NCBI GenBank assembly: GCA_964016885.1 | Contig: CAXHJY010000010.1 | Span: 1-64,000 of the forward strand | DNA: 64,000 bases | Reading direction: 5' to 3' | DNA from: Eledone cirrhosa | Lineage: Eukaryota | In this document: in pieces, positions 58,936 through 64,000 of the stretch | Numbering within the stretch: the stretch's first letter is position 1 | Layout: each line of letters begins with the position of its first letter | The notes under the pieces: model-generated | Told to the model about the DNA's origin: nothing | The model's database searches: none | The model's input: only the letters and a program-made list of their open reading frames with translations | Program-made: the position numbers and the translations under genes

Positions 58936-59722
58936 TATATATATATATAAAACATTGATATTTATAACCAGAATGTGTACACATTTCTTTTCTCTCTTTT
59001 ATTGAGAGATAAATTAAAATATTGTACTGTGCTCGGTGTTTTCTTCCCTTTAAAACATTTAGGGATTATTTTGGTACTGTTTCAAAAATCCACCGAATTC
59101 ATAATTTTGAGAGCTGTGAAAGCAAATTCATTTGGAAAATTTTAATTAAACTTTGATGTGAACATTTGGTTTAATTTACTTGGAGTTTTAATACCTCCAA
59201 CACCTATATGCATAACTATTTAATTAATAGGCATGGGTGACCTTAGGAGGTGCGGGACTCAATTGGGTATTTATATATATATATATGTATATATTTGCAA
59301 TTTTCAATGTGCATACGCGCCAATGTGTTCTCCGTGAACAGGCAGAACTAGCTTCCCCCACAACCCCCTTCACTGTTACGTGACACTGAAGTTTGAGTTT
59401 GCAGTCGGCTGGTAGCTGATTTGTTCCGGAGGGGCTAGGCCCTCGCTGATGAAGCTGCTCATAGCCAATTACATAATGCTTAATAGCATTACCTAATTTC
59501 TGTGCACGGCAGTTCCTTTAGGATTGTTGCCGGCAGGGGGAGTAGCAGAAACTAAGGCATTAGCTGGGGACCAGAAAATCAAATTTTCCATCCACACGAA
59601 ATCGTTTTTGTCACAATTTAACGTATTAGTGTACACTCTAATTTTCCTTCGGCTGGTATCTTAATGAGACTGACATAATTAAATTATTGAGTGAGTAGGA
59701 AAACGATCGACAGCTTCGTTTC

Positions 59723-59759
<37 letters not shown>

Positions 59760-60976
59760 ATATATAAGAACAAAAGATGGTTAAAAGAGTTCCATGTATT
59801 TTATTATGCGCATTTCAAAAACAAATATCATCATGCAATAATATTTGTGTTTTCATCAGATAAAATAGGAAGACATGATATGAAGGTTAAAAAACACTTG
59901 TGGATAGTTCAGTTTTAAATCAACATATAAGAAGTAGTTTTAGATTGATGTGTGATATTGGGAAAAATATTTTATTTAGAGGGGGTGGGGGTGGAAAGGA
60001 TGAAAAAGAGAGGAGATGAGAGTAAAAAGTGGAGAGGGAGGAGTATAATGAGGAAGGATGAGATAGGAGGAGAGATGGGTGATAGAGAGAGAGAGATAGC
60101 TTTTATAACTGAGAAAGATATATTGTTTTACATAGAGAGGTTGAAAACCGTTGGAAGATAATGTATAAATTAAAAGAATTTGAAAATTAACGAAGAGAAA
60201 AATAATGTAAAGTTAAGGTTTGTATATTGAGGGGTTTGATAATATGTGCGATGAAAAAGAAAATGTTAATATGTATTGAGAATAATGTTTAAGGGTTTAA
60301 TAATATGTGCGATGTTAAGAAGATGTTGATATGTATTATTAAAAGGAACAACAGGTTATTTAAGTAAGGAAATATTGTGAGATGAGCATGAATCAGTTAG
60401 ATGAAAGGGAGAAAAGAATAATGAATTGAGGATGAATAATCTAACGTCAAAAAAATGTATATGTTTACGAAGGATTTTTACAAGGTGATATAGAGTAAGA
60501 ATGTATTGTATTATGTAATAATTGATTCTATGTTAGGCAAGAGTGAGAAAAGGTACAGATTAGGGGTTAGACATTAAAAGAAGAAGAGAAGAAAGGGAAG
60601 TGATAAATAGGAGCGATGTAGAATGAGTAACAAGTATTATAGAATGTATAATAACCTTTGAAAATAAGGTAGAAAGATGGGTATATTTTTAAAAGAAATG
60701 TATATATATATGCCTTTGAGAAAAAGATTCTAAATTGATAAAGAATTGAATATTAGCTGTATACATTGTGAAATGTTTTATGGAATTTATGCAAGCAGAT
60801 AGAAAACAAGTCAGTGCGTCTATTTATTATAGAATCTAAATTAGAAATAATGGTAATTTTTTCATTTAGACAGAGATTGCAAATTTTGGATAGAGAACTG
60901 TTCAAGTATGGAGACGCAGAAGAAACCTTCTTCCAAAAGATGGTATATTTAATATTTTTGTCTTTCAAGGACCATA
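59760..60976 (-). mobile_element. 5'-truncated PLE: endonuclease C-terminus (60753-60976), 3' UTR and terminal repeat with HHR at 59797-59867
   Basis: IWSLKDK...WK...PY...[10 protein letters not shown]...[17 protein letters not shown] has GAAA-TGCGCA-TA. (TA)n lies at both ends. Confidence 0.88.
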
Positions 60977-60977
60977 T

Positions 60978-61877
<900 letters not shown>

Positions 61878-62022
61878 TGTGTGAACTAGACAAACGGAGA
61901 ATAGATTACTCTAGCGTGGGGCTCAATTGGCTTAAGTCAAACCCTGCTAACGAAAGCTATAACTTTTCAAGTCATAGTTTATTACAAAATATATTTATGA
62001 TTAATATTATTTGAAAACATAC

Positions 62023-62247
62023 CTGGCGTATCTTTTGATAATGTTTCATTTCTGACTGTTATCGGAATAGGTATGTTCGCAGTGGTGTCTGGTACGGGAG
62101 AGGTGATATCTAGTACACCAATGGTAGTGTATGGTGAAACTGTGGTAGTCATGTCATTTATTATCGGTGTAGAATAATTAACTTTCTGAGTAGGAACAAC
62201 AGTCGTTGACTTGAATTTGATATTGCTGGGTCCTTCAGGTTCATCTG
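62023..62247 (-). CDS. VWA protein, Thr/Pro-rich linker exon
   Basis: Tandem acceptor ttcattgcag/cag, 225-nt open exon DEPEGPSNIKFKSTTVVPTQ...KDTP, donor gtatgt, phase 1-1. Confidence 0.85.
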
Positions 62248-62592
62248 CTGCAATGAAAATATTCCGGTTAGTGATAAAATATACACTCTTCTCTTCTTCG
62301 TCATTAGTAGAAACAACAGTAAAAAGATTAAATCATCAGTTATTAATTTTCTCATGAAGCCTCATTTATTTGGATGAGGTTAAAATTTTGCATGAGCTAT
62401 GATTTAAATTACATATTCATGAATGCTGTCTAACATAGTCTCTTCGACAACCTATGCTACTTCAAATGTTTTCATTACATCTAGTCACTACCAAATGATA
62501 TGTAATACAATAAATTAATTCCCTAATAAGATGATAAAAATGATTTAATAGTAAAATAAAATCGCAATTAAGACAAAAAAGTATTGAATTAC

Positions 62593-63147
62593 CATGACAA
62601 AATTTTATGTAGAAGTTTTTCCCAATCGACTTCAAACTTTTGTAATTTAAAATACGATAGACTCCTGTGTCTGGATCACTTGCAATAGCATTTAATTCCT
62701 TTAGGTGACATTTTTTACCGATTCCAATAACATAAACATTTATACCAAGTCTATGGAGATTTTCTGCCTCTGCTTTTGTATTTCTGTAAGAGCGAGAATT
62801 ACCATCAGTGATAACTATCGTCACCAAAGAACTTTTACTTTTGTCAAAGGACTGAAATTCTTGCTTAGCAAGTTTTAGAGCTGCTCCTGTGTTCGTCCAA
62901 CCACTTTTGTAAGTAATATTAGCAATGGCTTTATGCAATTGTACTTTGTTCTTATATTGGCCGATTGAAAATTCCAAATGGGCCTTTTTACTGAATGTAA
63001 TAACACCCATACTAATTTTATTTGTGTCAACCTCAAATGTGTCTACAAATTTTTGTAAAAATTTCAAGAGCCGCTCATAGTCTTTTGGCCAAATACTTGA
63101 CGAAGAATCCAACACGAACATGATATCAGTTTCTTTTCCGACACATT
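62593..63147 (-). CDS. VWA protein, exon encoding a canonical VWA domain (matrilin/collagen VI-like)
   Basis: Acceptor ttttattttcag, 555 nt reading CVGKETDIMFVLDSSSSI...TNTGAAL...IVITDG.S...VYVIGIG...IASDP...C, donor gtaatt. Confidence 0.93.
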
Positions 63148-63225
63148 CTGAAAATAAAATGGAATAATTCAGTGAGACAAATTAAATACTTTAAAATCTG
63201 TTTCATTTGAGGTGCAATGTTTATT

Positions 63226-63367
<142 letters not shown>

Positions 63368-63622
63368 TTAATATTAGTACAGATTAAAGTTTAAGCAAAT
63401 AATTTCTGCTTTCACCCTATTACGGGATGTATATATATAATTTTGACGAGCAAAGGAATACTGCACTCAGATACAGTACATAGATAAAGACGACCTCAAG
63501 CTAATCAACTGTGAATATATATATATATAGGGGAACTTTCTAGGTGTAAATCCCATGGTCATATATATATATATATGAGCATTACATATATTTCACAGTT
63601 GATTTAATCGATATATATATAT

Positions 63623-64000
63623 CTTCTTCTTCTTCTTCTTCTTCTTCTTCTTCTTCTTCTTCTTCCTGAGGGGGTCGAAGGGCCAAAGTCCTTAAACACT
63701 CCCTCCAGCGGGTCCTGTCAGAAGCAACCGTCTCCAACTGATCCGGCTGGATCACCAAGCGAGACCAGCCAATCTCATGGATGTTTTAACCATGCGTCTC
63801 CTGATAGTTAGTTTTGCCCTTAAAATTTATCCAGTGATTCTTTCCTGAGACATTCTAATCACATGCCCATAGTATTGGAGAAGTAGCGGCTCTACCTGGA
63901 GCAACTCTGATCTCCGAGCTATGCACTCAATTGACTAAGGTTCCCCCAAAGACCCGCCTGACGGACCTCGTTTCGGCCGCTTGCATTCGTGATCACATTA
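63623..64000 (-). mobile_element. RTE-type LINE 3' end with (GAA)n tail
   Basis: The reverse strand reads SRMQAAETRSVRRV and YYGHVIRM. A (CTT)n run lies at about 63623-63665. Confidence 0.8.

Overview
AT-rich, microsatellite-dense animal genomic DNA. The SINE and LINE content suggests an octopod cephalopod, which is an inference. Two host genes are visible. On + are the last two coding exons of a tau/MAP2/MAP4-family gene (9967-10062, 12327-12398) with a probable long 3' UTR. On - are four in-phase exons of a two-VWA-domain protein with a Thr/Pro-rich linker (63147->53703). The rest is transposon debris: RTE and CR1-type LINEs, tRNA-derived SINEs, a decayed Gypsy element, and many Penelope-like element (PLE) remnants and short non-coding units inserted in (TA)n. 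Reading both strands by eye gives about 20 hammerhead ribozyme (HHR) cores from roughly ten families. The strongest candidate novelty is at 57906-57975. It has all three HHR core strands, but in the reverse cyclic order to types I, II and III, so it must be pseudoknotted, and it includes a consensus kink-turn. The upstream tandem copy of that element starts exactly at the predicted cleavage site. Two unrelated non-coding HHR families also share a compact octamer/PSE-like/TATA cassette just upstream of the ribozyme. Several HHRs carry recurrent core variants (U3:A8, C13, U9). All RNA structures were deduced manually and none has been tested.
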